Assembly: GCA_030141605.1 (NCBI GenBank)
Contig: JAQGDQ010002087.1
Location: forward strand, 1-15,445
Source: Tubiluchus corallicola
Taxonomy: Eukaryota; Animalia; Priapulida
Length of the DNA stretch: 15,445 nt
Reading direction: 5' to 3'
Part shown: piece after piece, positions 1 through 11,000 of the stretch
Position numbering within the stretch: position 1 is the stretch's first letter
How the letters are laid out: each line of letters opens with the position of its first letter
The notes under the pieces: generated by a model
Seen by the model: only the letters and a program-made list of their open reading frames with translations
Told to the model about the DNA's origin: nothing
The model's database searches: none
Made by a program: the position numbers and the translations under genes

Positions 1-20
1 GGCAGGGAAGGACCATAGGG

Positions 21-85
21 TCATCTAGTCTCCTGCCCTTTGGACTATCATCTAGTCTCCTGCCCTTTGGACTATCATCTAGTCT
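21..85. repeat. 27-bp tandem duplication (~2.4 copies)
   Basis: tcatctagtctcctgccctttggacta at 21-47 and 48-74, plus a partial copy at 75-85. Confidence 0.9.
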
Positions 86-456
86 TCTAGCACCACAATA
101 ATACAGAAGTAGTTTTACACTTTTATTTTGTTTAAAGTCATATATTTTTCTATACACACACAGTTCCAACTTACTCTAATTATGTTTGCATCTACAGTGG
201 AAATGCCACCATTTTAATATATTTTTGCTTTTTCACTGTCCGTGTTTTGTTGCGTCTATAAAACTAGCATTGCAGCAACCAGAACCAAGAACTTCAGTTA
301 TAAAGCAATAATTTTAATGTGTGTGACTGCATGCCTTCAGGTCGAATACTATGTTATGCACTTTTAAGTACATTCATCATCCATCATATTGTGTAGAATG
401 CATGTAAGTTGAAGGCTGCATTAAATAAATTGAATTTATACGTTTTAATAAATGAC

Positions 457-586
457 TATACGTTGTTACAATACGTTTTAACAACGTATAGCGTTTAACA
501 ACACAACGTAACAACAAAATTTTTGCTGTTAGGTTATACGTTGTTAAAACGATCGTAACAACGTATATACATCAAAAATTTTGTTG
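457..586. repeat. Nested palindrome/inverted-repeat cluster
   Basis: tatacgttgtta...taacaacgtata at 457-490 and 535-567; caacaaaatttttg (512-525) is the reverse complement of 573-586. Confidence 0.75.
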
Positions 587-840
587 AATTTAAAAAATTA
601 GAGTTCTTACAATGTTTAAAGTTCTAAATTACTTAAACATCCCGTGTAAAATTGTTAAAAAGTTCTTAAATCTGTTTGTAAACGCATTAAATTTTTACTT
701 GTTTGAACTTTGTTATGTGAATCATTAGATCCTTAAAATTCCGGCCACTTTAACAACCTTTGTGTGGTTGGTGTTGGGTGTTTTGTACCAAAATAGCAAA
801 ATGTTTTGGTTTTGTTTTATAAGTAAACACATAAGGAGAG

Positions 841-910
841 TGATTAAATGGTTTGTAAATGAATCTTTTAAACCATGATTAAATAGTTTGTAAATGAATC
901 TTTTAAATCA
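841..910. repeat. 35-bp tandem duplication
   Basis: tgattaaatRgtttgtaaatgaatcttttaaaYca at 841-875 and 876-910, 2 mismatches. Confidence 0.9.
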
Positions 911-1076
911 CCGTATGATGATCACTTCTTAAGAAACAGCTCTGTAATGCTTGCAGTTTTTTGCACGTTTTGTTACGTATTAAACTGCCAATTGCCGTCT
1001 GAATTATTTAAGAGGATTTTTGATTGTTTAGCGTAGAGAGCCGGCTCACTCATTTTTAAACTGTATTCAACTGACG

Positions 1077-1111
<35 letters not shown>

Positions 1112-1297
1112 CAAGCAAGCAAATAAGTAAGTAAGTAAGTTTATTAGTTTATCACCATTTTTAAAATAGCAAAATACATAACTAAGAGATTTGTAAATAT
1201 GTACACCATACAATAATATTACAAAGTGCAAAAGTAATTATTGATTAGTGGTGAAAGGGTGGTGAAAGAACTATAAGTTATCCAGGTCAGCCACCCT
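1077..1297 (-). mobile_element. LINE-like (CR1/L2-group-like) 3' end remnant with (TTAC)n tail and stem-loop
   Basis: (AAGT)n at 1077-1140 followed by tttatt (AATAAA on minus strand); hairpin agggtgg...ccaccct at 1256-1297, similar to 8130-8176. 5' boundary uncertain. Confidence 0.6.
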
Positions 1298-1639
1298 CTC
1301 AGGATTGTTACTAATATAATTAATTAGTTACAAGTTATGCCACATGCTTAAGTTTCTGAAAGACTGGAAGCCATTCTTTCGCGTTCTCAATGAGCGTAGT
1401 AGTAGTGGTGTTGGTTTTGAAAGCTGTTGTTCTGGACTTAATCTTAGCCTTGATTACTCCGGTTTTAGGCACAACTCTTGTTCTAATTATCACTAGTTAG
1501 GCTAATCATCCGAGCAGTCTGAGTGCCATCTAAAATTGAAACTGAAATTGGCTTAGTTGACTGACAAAAACTGGTAGAGTGTCAACTCACCCAGCAGACA
1601 ACTTGAATCGTTTTACATGGTATATTCATTTGCATTGTG

Positions 1640-1718
1640 AATCTAGCCACGGGGGGGGGGGGGGGGTGAGCCAGCCCAACTCAGTGCCAGTCCCAAGCCT
1701 GGATAAATAGGGAGAGTT
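1640..1718 (+). ncRNA. Twister ribozyme-like fold (type P1, 3' cleavage product), probably degenerate
   Basis: AA(1640-41); P2 TCTA(1642-45)/TAGG(1708-11); GC(1646-47); P3 CAC..TGAG/CTCAGTG; P4 CCAG(1687-90)/CTGG(1699-1702) closing the loop TCCCAAGC; GA-GAG(1712-16) where the consensus is GA-GGG. Confidence 0.75.
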
Positions 1719-2139
1719 AAGGTCAGGGAGGGCATCCGCCTGTAAAAACTGCGCCAAAACCTTCTATGAATGAGTCAGTGAGACTTAAAGGGAAAGTCCA
1801 TGAAGAAGTGGTCAGACCCGCTCTAATCTATGGGCTGGAAGCAGCTTCTCTAGAGAAGACCGAAGAGAAGAAAATGGGTGTGGTGGAGATGAGGATGTTG
1901 AGATGGATGGTGGGAATAACAAGAAGAGATAAAATTAGAAATAATAATATCAGAGGAACAGTAAAAGTAGTGGAAGCCTCGCAAGATTGCGATGGTATGG
2001 ACACCTGAAAAGAAGAGTCGGTGAAGATCATGTGGGAAGGGTAGAGATAAATGTAGAGATGGTCAACAACAGGAATGCGTGGAGAAGACTCATTCACAAC
2101 GGCGACCCAGAATAGGGAAAAGCTGGGAAGAAGAAGAAA
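1640..2139 (+). mobile_element. Internally deleted (bipartite) non-autonomous RTE-clade retrotransposon, 500 bp
   Basis: Perfect 16-bp TSD attcatttgcattgtg (1624-1639 / 2140-2155). 5'-UTR-like segment joined at ~1765 to an RT C-terminal remnant (KGKVH..VVRPALIYGLE; EMRMLRWMVGITRRDKIRN; after a frameshift LRWYGHLKRR...NRNAWRRLIHNGDPE*). (GAA)n tail. Confidence 0.92.
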
Positions 2140-2286
2140 ATTCATTTGCATTGTGGTGGAACATTGAAATGTTTTGCAGGCATCTTTGGGTTTAGCCCTT
2201 ATATGTTTTCTGAAGCATTCTTTTCAAAATGATTTTATTGATCCTGCTGTAGTGAAAGTTTTGAAATTGGCATATTTCATTTGTAG

Positions 2287-2430
2287 GTAGATCCAGTGAA
2301 CGTCAACGTACTCGGGATTGTCAAAGATGTCATGAATCATTACGAATGCATCAAGAAAATCATAGACTTTGTGAGGAGTCAATCGGTCATTTGTCCAGAA
2401 TTTCGTCTGTATCCAGACAAGGTGTATGAG
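2287..2430 (+). CDS. Exon A: VDPVNVNVLGIVKDVMNHYECIKKIIDFVRSQSVICPEFRLYPDKVYE (end of preceding domain, start of DBB)
   Basis: Acceptor tttgtag (AG 2285-2286); donor GAG|gttagg at 2431, phase 0. An alternative in-frame donor AAG|gtgtat lies at 2422. Overlaps ORF 2296..2544. Confidence 0.7.
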
Positions 2431-5400
2431 GTTAGGACGTTTTACTTCTTTGCAAAATCTGTAGTAAGAATGTTTGAAGTTAGTTTGCAAATGATTAAAA
2501 TGAAATTACAAAATAAAATTTGTAAAATTATAAAATTTTTGTAATTTGTGGTTTTGTTCCATGTTATTTGAGTAAGTAAGTAAGTAATTTATTTATAGCA
2601 TCATACGTACAACAAAATTTATGAGGTTTTGTGTACTGTAATAATTTATTGACATAACAAGGAGATTAATACAATTAATTCAATCAGTTTTACATTAACA
2701 TAGAGAATTAACATTAGAGATTTACTGTTGATGGTGCAAATTGCAACAGGATAGAAAGAATTTAAAGTTCTTGTGGTTTTAGCTTTAACTGTGCGGTATC
2801 TACTTCCAGAGGGAGCATTTCAAAATATTTATTACCTGGATGGAAATTCATCTTTCATGATAACTTGCACTCTCTTTGTGACCCTAGTTTCGTACAAATG
2901 TGCCACAGATTGCTATTGAATTCATACAATTTTGTTAAACAGGTTATAATTATGTACAAAATGGGTCAAGAATTTAAACATGTCTGTTTGTTGACTCTGA
3001 AGGAGTCAAATCAGTCATTTTTTTTTAAAAAATTTAATGAAATTACAGAGTGCCAGTATAAATAATTGTATATTATGTTTTTCTTTTGAAGGTAACTAAC
3101 AATTTTATTGTTTTTGCATGAGGCATTTAGAAAGGTACAGTCGACCCTTGTTAAACCGGACCCCGTTAGCCCGGATATCGGATAAGACGGACGTCATCTG
3201 ATAAAGGAAACTGACCGATTTCCGTCCGAGCCCGAGCGCTAAACACAACACGGCCTACCAACTGTACAATAATTTCTTTATCCTCACAGGTTAACTATTT
3301 TAAAGTAATATACAGTATAGTATATAGTGCAATGTATATAGGCCTTATTAAGGTGATTATTCCTGTATAGTATAGAGCATATATAGGCATATCGGATAAA
3401 TTGGACAATCGGCTAAACCGGACCCCCCCCCCCCAATTAGTCCGGTTTAACTAGGGTTGACTGTAATTAGTATTTACTATCAGCTGTAGTTAACGTACGA
3501 TATGATTAAGTAAAAAATTTTCTAATTTCTATGTGTTGTATAGAACGATCAAAAACTTTTAATTGTCACCAGTAAGGAGGTGCCCGACAAGTATGAGGTC
3601 AAGGTCAACTTGAAGGGTCAGACTGAAACTACACATCCTACCAAGCGACTCAACAAGTACAGCTTTGAATTCACGGCTCCCGGTAAGATTTGTGTAAATT
3701 ATTGTGAAGTTGTTTATGTAAATTTTGTAAAACTTGCTGAGTAGAGCATGATAGAGTACGCTGGATATGCTAAATGCTATTGAATAATTTAATGTTTCTT
3801 TGTTTTGTCGCAAATGCAGGTGTCTCATAAGTCACCATTAATTTTGATTTCTAACTTGATTTTTCAACAATCTCAGCAAACTCTTACGTAAATCAATCAG
3901 GGCCTTTGATATTCGTTTCATTTATATTTTGACTGGAACTCGGTTGCTATGGTGATGGGAGTAATATTAGAAATAAGGTGTAAAGTCATTCTCTATGTCC
4001 CTCGATCACCAACTTTTTCTTCTTCAATGAATCACACATCCAGGGACACACCGCCCTATGCCATGACTCCCTACATGCTGCAATGCCCCAAGTGGATTTA
4101 TTTCTAAGGATCAATGCTGAAGTGTTTAAATCTTTCCGTGCAAAATCTAAATATGTTAACATTTGTCCTCCTGCAGGTTTTTTAGCTTGTTCTATAGCTT
4201 CTTGAAGAGCTATCTTCACTGGAACATCATCAGGTAGTCTAAGCATATGCCCCATCCATCTTAATCTTTTTATTTTTATTGTCCAAGGTTCTTCTTTTAT
4301 TTTTTTCTTATAGATCTTTGTTTGAAATTTTCTTTGGCCATCTAATACCCAAAATATTTCTGTAATTTCGCCTTTGAAACGCATCAATTTCAGCTTTATG
4401 ATTTGCTTTTAATGTCCAGAGCTCAGAGTTATACAGAAATACAGTTTCAACTGAGGCTGAGAATATTCAGAGCAGTATATAAATTACACTGTTCTCTCAC
4501 TATGATTCAAGGTTAACTTCGTAAATAAAGTTCATGTGTGAATGAATTGCTGTATAGCAGAATAAAAGGAGAAAGACCCGAGTTTGTTTCAGTTTAGTCT
4601 CAGTGAATGAACTGCTGTACAGCAGAATAAAAGGAGAAAGACCCGAGTTCGTTTCAGTTTAGTCTCAGTGAATGAACTGCTGTACAGCAGAATAAAAGGA
4701 GAAAGACCCGAGTTCGTTTCAGTTTAGTCTCAGTGAATGAACTGCTGTACAGCAGAATAAAAGGAGAAAGACCCGAGTTTGTTTCAGTTTAGTCTCAGTG
4801 AATGAACTGCTGTACGGCAGAATAAAAGGAGAAAGACCCGAGTTCGTTTCAGTTTAGTCTCAGTGAATGAATTGCTGTACGGCAGAATAAAAGGAGAAAG
4901 ACCCGAGTTCGTTTCAGTTTAGTCTCAGTGAATGAACTGCTGTACGGCAGAATAAAAGGAGAAAGACCCGAGTTCGTTTCAGTTTAGTCTCAGTGAATGA
5001 ACTGCTGTACGGCAGAATAAAAGGAGAAAGACCCGAGTTCGTTTCAGTTTAGTCTCAGTGAATGAACTGCTGTACAGCAGAATAAAAGGAGAAAGACCCG
5101 AGTTCGTTTCAGTTTAGTCTCAGTGAATGAACTGCTGTACAGCAGAATAAAAGGAGAAAGACCCGAGTTCGCTTCAGTTTAGTCTCAGGGAATGAACTGC
5201 TGTACAGCAGAATAAAAGGAGAAAGACCCGAGTTCGTTTCAGTTTAGTCTCAGTGAATGAACTGCTGTACAGCAGAATAAAAGGAGAAAGACCCGAGTTC
5301 GTTTCAGTTTAGTCTCAGTGAATGAACTGCTGTACAGCAGAATAAAAGGAGAAAGACCCGAGTTCGTTTCAGTTTAGTCTCAGTGAATGAACTGCTGTAC

Positions 5401-7975
5401 AGCAGAATAAAAGGAGAAAGACCCGAGTTCGTTTCAGTTTAGTCTCAGTGAATGAATTGCTGTACAGCAGAATAAAAGGAGAAAGACCCGAGTTTGTTTC
5501 AGTTTAGTCTCAGTGGTAATTGTAAAATTTTAACTGGTAAACTGCCAAGTTTCGTTTGTATTTTACTCAAATTTTTTTTTTTGCTAAACATTAATTTTGT
5601 ATGTTCATGCTGTAATAATACCACTTTCACTTGTCAATTTTGGTAGATGAATTTAAAAGTGTAAGTTTCAAGAAATCGGTCTGGTTGCAGATGAAATTAC
5701 CATTTTTCAGTAGCACATTTGTGGACTCTATAATGATGGTTCTTGCAACTAAAATTATGTGGAACCGCAACAACTTTCGCAGCATTTTTTCCTTGAAAAT
5801 CCTGACATCTCGTCTCCCATTTCTGGCATTTAATTATTGTAATCTCAAGTATCGCTTAGCAACAAACCTAGTAGCCATTAACAATTTGCATGTCTAAAGA
5901 TAAAAGGTGAAACGACAGTCAAAATTTAATGTTCTAATTATATACTGACCCAAATATTAGGATCGATCATTAGTTGATTATCGATCGTTTTTGAAGGTCA
6001 GTGATTGACCATAGAAATAAAACGGATTCCCAACTCTAAATGTCAGATTGTATGAGTCAATAAGGTAGTCACCGTTGAGCACCACGATTTATATGTCGTG
6101 TTTTTAGCTAACAATTTGATGTGAAAGTTTGTTGGGCTTTGTTGTCTTTAGTCAACAGTTTTGTAACTTTGGTATTCCTACTTAAGTTAATGTCCGATTG
6201 TAAAAGCAATACAGCACACAATCAAATTACCGTGGCCTGAGCTACACGAGCAATTAGATTTTACTGTAAATGATATTATCTTCAAACTGGCCATTGTTAT
6301 ACCTCAGTTTACAGATGAACAAACAGTAACATTTCAGGTGTGCCTTTGTTACTTTCTAACAGCAGATAGGCTCATTTTGTACCTGGCAACAGGTGATTTC
6401 AAAATGTCAGTTTGTTATTGACAAACTAGAAGAGATACAAATATTTACAAGCTAGGCTCGTGTAAACCGCTGCTTTGCCGTAGCATCAAAAATGCGCATT
6501 TTTAACTTAAACATTTTTGAAATTGCTTTGACCTTCTTTACAAATGCATTTACATAAATTACTAAATGTTGTGTGGCAAATAGAGTTCAGGTAATTCTGG
6601 CATCTGCTATTTTAGGTTCAGCCAAGCTTCTTAAGTAAAAAAACGCATTTCCACACAATGAGATCAGCCTAGCAACAACAAATTTCCCTGCACCACATAG
6701 TTCACATTTTTTCTACTTTTTACAATTCAATGTTTAACAGTTTTTTATTAAACGGTGAATATTTCCGTGTCTGGAAGCTGAAAATTGTTTGTATATTGGC
6801 TGCCAAAAAATAGTTCCCCTTTTTCAATTCAATTTTAATTTATTTATCTCTTTATAATGCTACAATAAAACATGATTAATAAAAGGATGTCTAATAAGTT
6901 TTGAAGAATTGTTAAAATGTATAGATACATCTAGAACTAGAGAAAGGATAGCGAAAAGACTATAAAGTCACCTAGTCTGCTATCCTTTACCAAATATAGA
7001 TTAAAAGATTTTTTAGACACTGGTGGGCATTAATGTTATCAGTTTAATTTAGGAAACATTAGTAATTTTTAAAATTATGACATTTTCTATATAATCCAGA
7101 GAAAAGAATATACATGTAGTTTAATTAGCGGGCAACAAAATAAGGTCAATCTTGATTAAACTAAAAATTGCATTTAGATTTTATGTGAAATACAGGTGAA
7201 AATTGTTATGAAATGATAAAAACACTTTGGGTTAATAATGCAATTAATCAACAACAGGAGTTGAATACATTTTGATTTGAGTTCAACTTCATTATTTCTA
7301 GGCTTATTGATTAAGAACATAAACTACTACATCCCTTGCTTGTAGTAGTTTGTGAATTCTATTTATCCTTAAATCTGCTCAATTCTTTTCAGGTATATAC
7401 GCTAAATATCGTAGCGTTCAACTGTCTGTGCATTTAATGCACGGCGAAGAGACGAAAACGTTGGGTTCTGTGAAGTTACCATATCAACGGAACTGGGATG
7501 TCTTGACGGAAGCAACAAATCCTCAAACTTTGCTGAGTCAAGTTTTGGGTAAGCAAATTTAGATATTCTTTAGATGTAATCTGTAATCTTTAGATCACAG
7601 ATTGTAATCGAAAAGTTCGAGTTTCTTTTTGTCGTAGGACTTTTATTCCATTTCTCTTTCTTGTCTATTTTTTTCTGACATTTTTCCTTCTTTGTTATAG
7701 GAATACGTGAAAAAATGGGAATGTTTACTGTCCATTTTATCGTAAAATTTTCCATTCTTGTGAAAGCTGTTAAAAATGTCACAAATTAACTAAAGTCTAG
7801 TGATAGCCAGTTTATATATAACCTGATAACTAATTCGTAAAAGCTTCATATCAAGTGATGGTGAAAGTGCCTGCCTTGTTCTTCATAAAAATGGAATTTT
7901 TATATAGTCCTAGATTTTTTACAATATATTTTATTACTTTTGCTGTGTAAAATGCTGTAAAAAAAATCTGGGCTT

Positions 7976-8007
<32 letters not shown>

Positions 8008-11000
8008 TCTTTATTTATCATCTTTTTTACAAGAAAAACACAGAGCATGAAATGATAATATGATACAAAGTGACAAGATTATTAAATGAATAAATTATCT
8101 GAGTTAATGATGATCAAGTGATTGGTGAAAGGGTGGGGGTGGCGAAGAACTAAAAGTTACCAAAGTCAACCACCCTGTATAGTCCATCACAGTTGACTCT
8201 AATTCATACCCGACTTGTGGAATTAATCTACGTCACGAAAATTTGTTTGAATTAAGTTGAAATTTATAATAAATTAGTGGCCACACTTTGTAACAGTTTC
8301 AGTTTAGGATAGGTTTTTTCTTAACCTGTACTTAGGAGCAGTGACTTAGTCATAATTTGCAAAATTTCTTTACTTGACATTTTAAAGATACGTTATATTT
8401 GTTAATTAAAGGAAAACCACCCTCAAACAACGTTCATTGTATTTTAATATACAATTAAAAGTACTGAAATTACCACATACTATACACGTATAAAATCCCT
8501 TGCTGAAAAAGCAAGTAAAATTCATATCTTTATTTCCTGCCAAACCTCACTTGAGTTTTTTGAAAAAATGACGTAAGCTGGCAGACAACATGAAGGCACA
8601 ATTTGTTGATCAATAGCATTATCAACCCAAAGTGTTTTTATCATTTCATAACAATTTTCACCTGTATTTCACATCAAATCTAAATGCAATTTTTAGTTTA
8701 ATCAAGATTGACCTTATTTTGTTGCCCGCTAATTAAACTACATGTATATTCTTTTCTCTGGATTATATAGCAAATGTCATAATTTTAAAAATTACTATTG
8801 TTTCCTAAATTAAACTGATAACATTAATGCCCACCAGTGTCTAAAAAATCATTTTATCTATATTCGGTAAAGGATAGCAGACTAGGTGACTTTATAGTTT
8901 TTTGAAAAAATGACGTAAGCTGGTAGACAACACTTAGGCACGTGTAATAAAACACCTGTATTTCACTTTACAGCTCTGCTATTCTGGCTGATTAAATCTG
9001 TGTGTTTAATTGCGTTTATTCCCGATCAATTGACAACAACTTTAGTACTTGCATATCTCAAAGTGCGTAAGTCCTATGCGTAATCTATTTACAAATAAGC
9101 ATGGAATTCTACGAGGTTGCGAGTACATACTAGGTATACGGAGGTCCTTGGCTTACTGAGTTCAGTTACAGCTTGTTCAAATAATTATTCTGTTAGTTTG
9201 CCGGGGTAAATTAACCGAGGTGAATGGTATTACATTATCATCGGTAACTGGTTTCCGTTAAATATTGGGCAATAAGATTCATCAAAAAGTAGAAAATTGG
9301 ATTAATAATCTCTCGTTTAACATTTTCGGTTGTTTATAGTTGATAACGGTAACTGCAGCTGCAAAACTTTCGCTCAAACACCTGGCGAGACAAGTATTTA
9401 TATAAATCTTATATGGTAACCGTTCAAAATGAGCGCGCCATAGCGTGAAATAATCGGAACTTTAAATTGATTTTACTAATTACACGAGAGACTTAGCACA
9501 ATTTTATTGCTGAAACTTTCTAACATTGTTCCTAAATGTTAAAGTAAGCTCAACTTCCCGAGAGCCTTTAAGCTGGTCTCATTTTTTGGCATGATGTGAC
9601 AATTTAGCATTTATTGCCAATTAATCCTTTTTCTCAAAGACAATTGACCACCACTCTCTAGCATCTGTACCGTAAAATTAACATTCATTATTATAAATTC
9701 GTGTTTCAAACCCCTGCCTTTGCTTTGTCTAGGTTTAGATTCTCAATACGAAATTGATGAGTTGGATAAATATTTGTCAAGCTCATTCACCGCTTTGGAG
9801 ACTGCGCAATTGGAAGTACTGAGCCATAGTTTATTGAATAACCGAGGTAAGAAAGGAGAGAAATAATCTTCAAGCAATGAGCAAAATACTAAGAAGCAAT
9901 TGAAATGTTAACGTCTTGTAAGACTGCCCATTGCTGTATTGAAGTAGATTGCAATGATGGTATTGTTTCACATTCCCTTTATTACCATCACTTTCATATC
10001 AGAGTTGAGAACTGTCAGTTTGACAAACTGTATATCTTTATTTCAGATTTATGCGAGGATACGTGTTACAGCTGCATTGTGTTTTGCTTTAGTACATAAT
10101 GTTAAATGTACTTAGCATAAAACTCACATTCTTGCCTGCCTGGTCAACTTGTCAACAATAATCTCACTTGATACTTCAGTAATAGTAGTTTACTGACTCA
10201 AAAAACTCCAGCATACAACATTTACATACCTTCCAATATGATCACACATAATTAAGAAACATTTCTGTAATGCTCCAAGTTCTTTACTTTCTATACTCCA
10301 GCATACAACATTTACATACCTTCCAATATGATCACACACAATTAAGAAACATTTCTGTAATGCTCGAAGTTCTTTACTTTCTATACTCCACCATACAACA
10401 TTTACATACCTTCCAATATGATCACACATAATTAAGAAACATTTCTGTAATGCTCGAAGTTCTTTACTTTCTATACTCCACCATACAACATTTACGTACC
10501 TTCCAATATGATCACACATAATTAAGAAACATTTCTGTAATGCTCCAAGTTCTTTACTTTCTATACTCCACCATACAACATTTACGTACCTTCCAATATG
10601 ATCACACACAATTAAGAAACATTTCTGTAATGCTCGAAGTTCTTTACTTTCTATACTCCACCATACAACATTTACATACCTTCCAATATGATCACACACA
10701 ATTAAGAAACATTTCTGTAATGCTCGAAGTTCTTTACTTTCTATACTCCACCATACAACATTTACATACCTTCCAATATGATCACACACAATTAAGAAAC
10801 ATTTCTGTAATGCTCGAAGTTCTTTACTTTCTATACTCCGCCATACAACATTTACATACCTTCCAATGTGATCACACATAATTAAGAAACATTTCTGTAA
10901 TGCTCGAAGTTCTTTACTTTCTATACTCCAGCATACAACATTTACGTACCTTCCAATATGATCACACATAATTAAGAAACATTTCTGTAATGCTCCAAGT

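Noticed and set aside
341-410. Possible upstream exon after ccttcag
   Set aside because: No family similarity, an early stop in the phase-0 frame, and no supportable link to exon A.
1256-1297. Hammerhead ribozyme in the LINE-like hairpins
   Set aside because: No CUGANGA plus GAAA core on the same strand.
1766-2008. 80-aa ORF as a functional gene
   Set aside because: It is a frameshifted RT C-terminal remnant inside the RTE element.
4538-5515. CRISPR-like array with palindromic repeats
   Set aside because: Units are contiguous and near-identical with no unique spacers, there are no cas genes, and the context is a eukaryotic intron.
6451-6673. Possible small MITE with GCTAGGCT/AGCCTAGC ends
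   Set aside because: Only an 8-bp inverted match and no convincing TSD.
8406-9571. Possible TTAA-flanked element (TTAAAGG ... CCTTTAA; Kolobok-like)
   Set aside because: The terminal match is only 3 bp beyond TTAA, which cannot be distinguished from chance.
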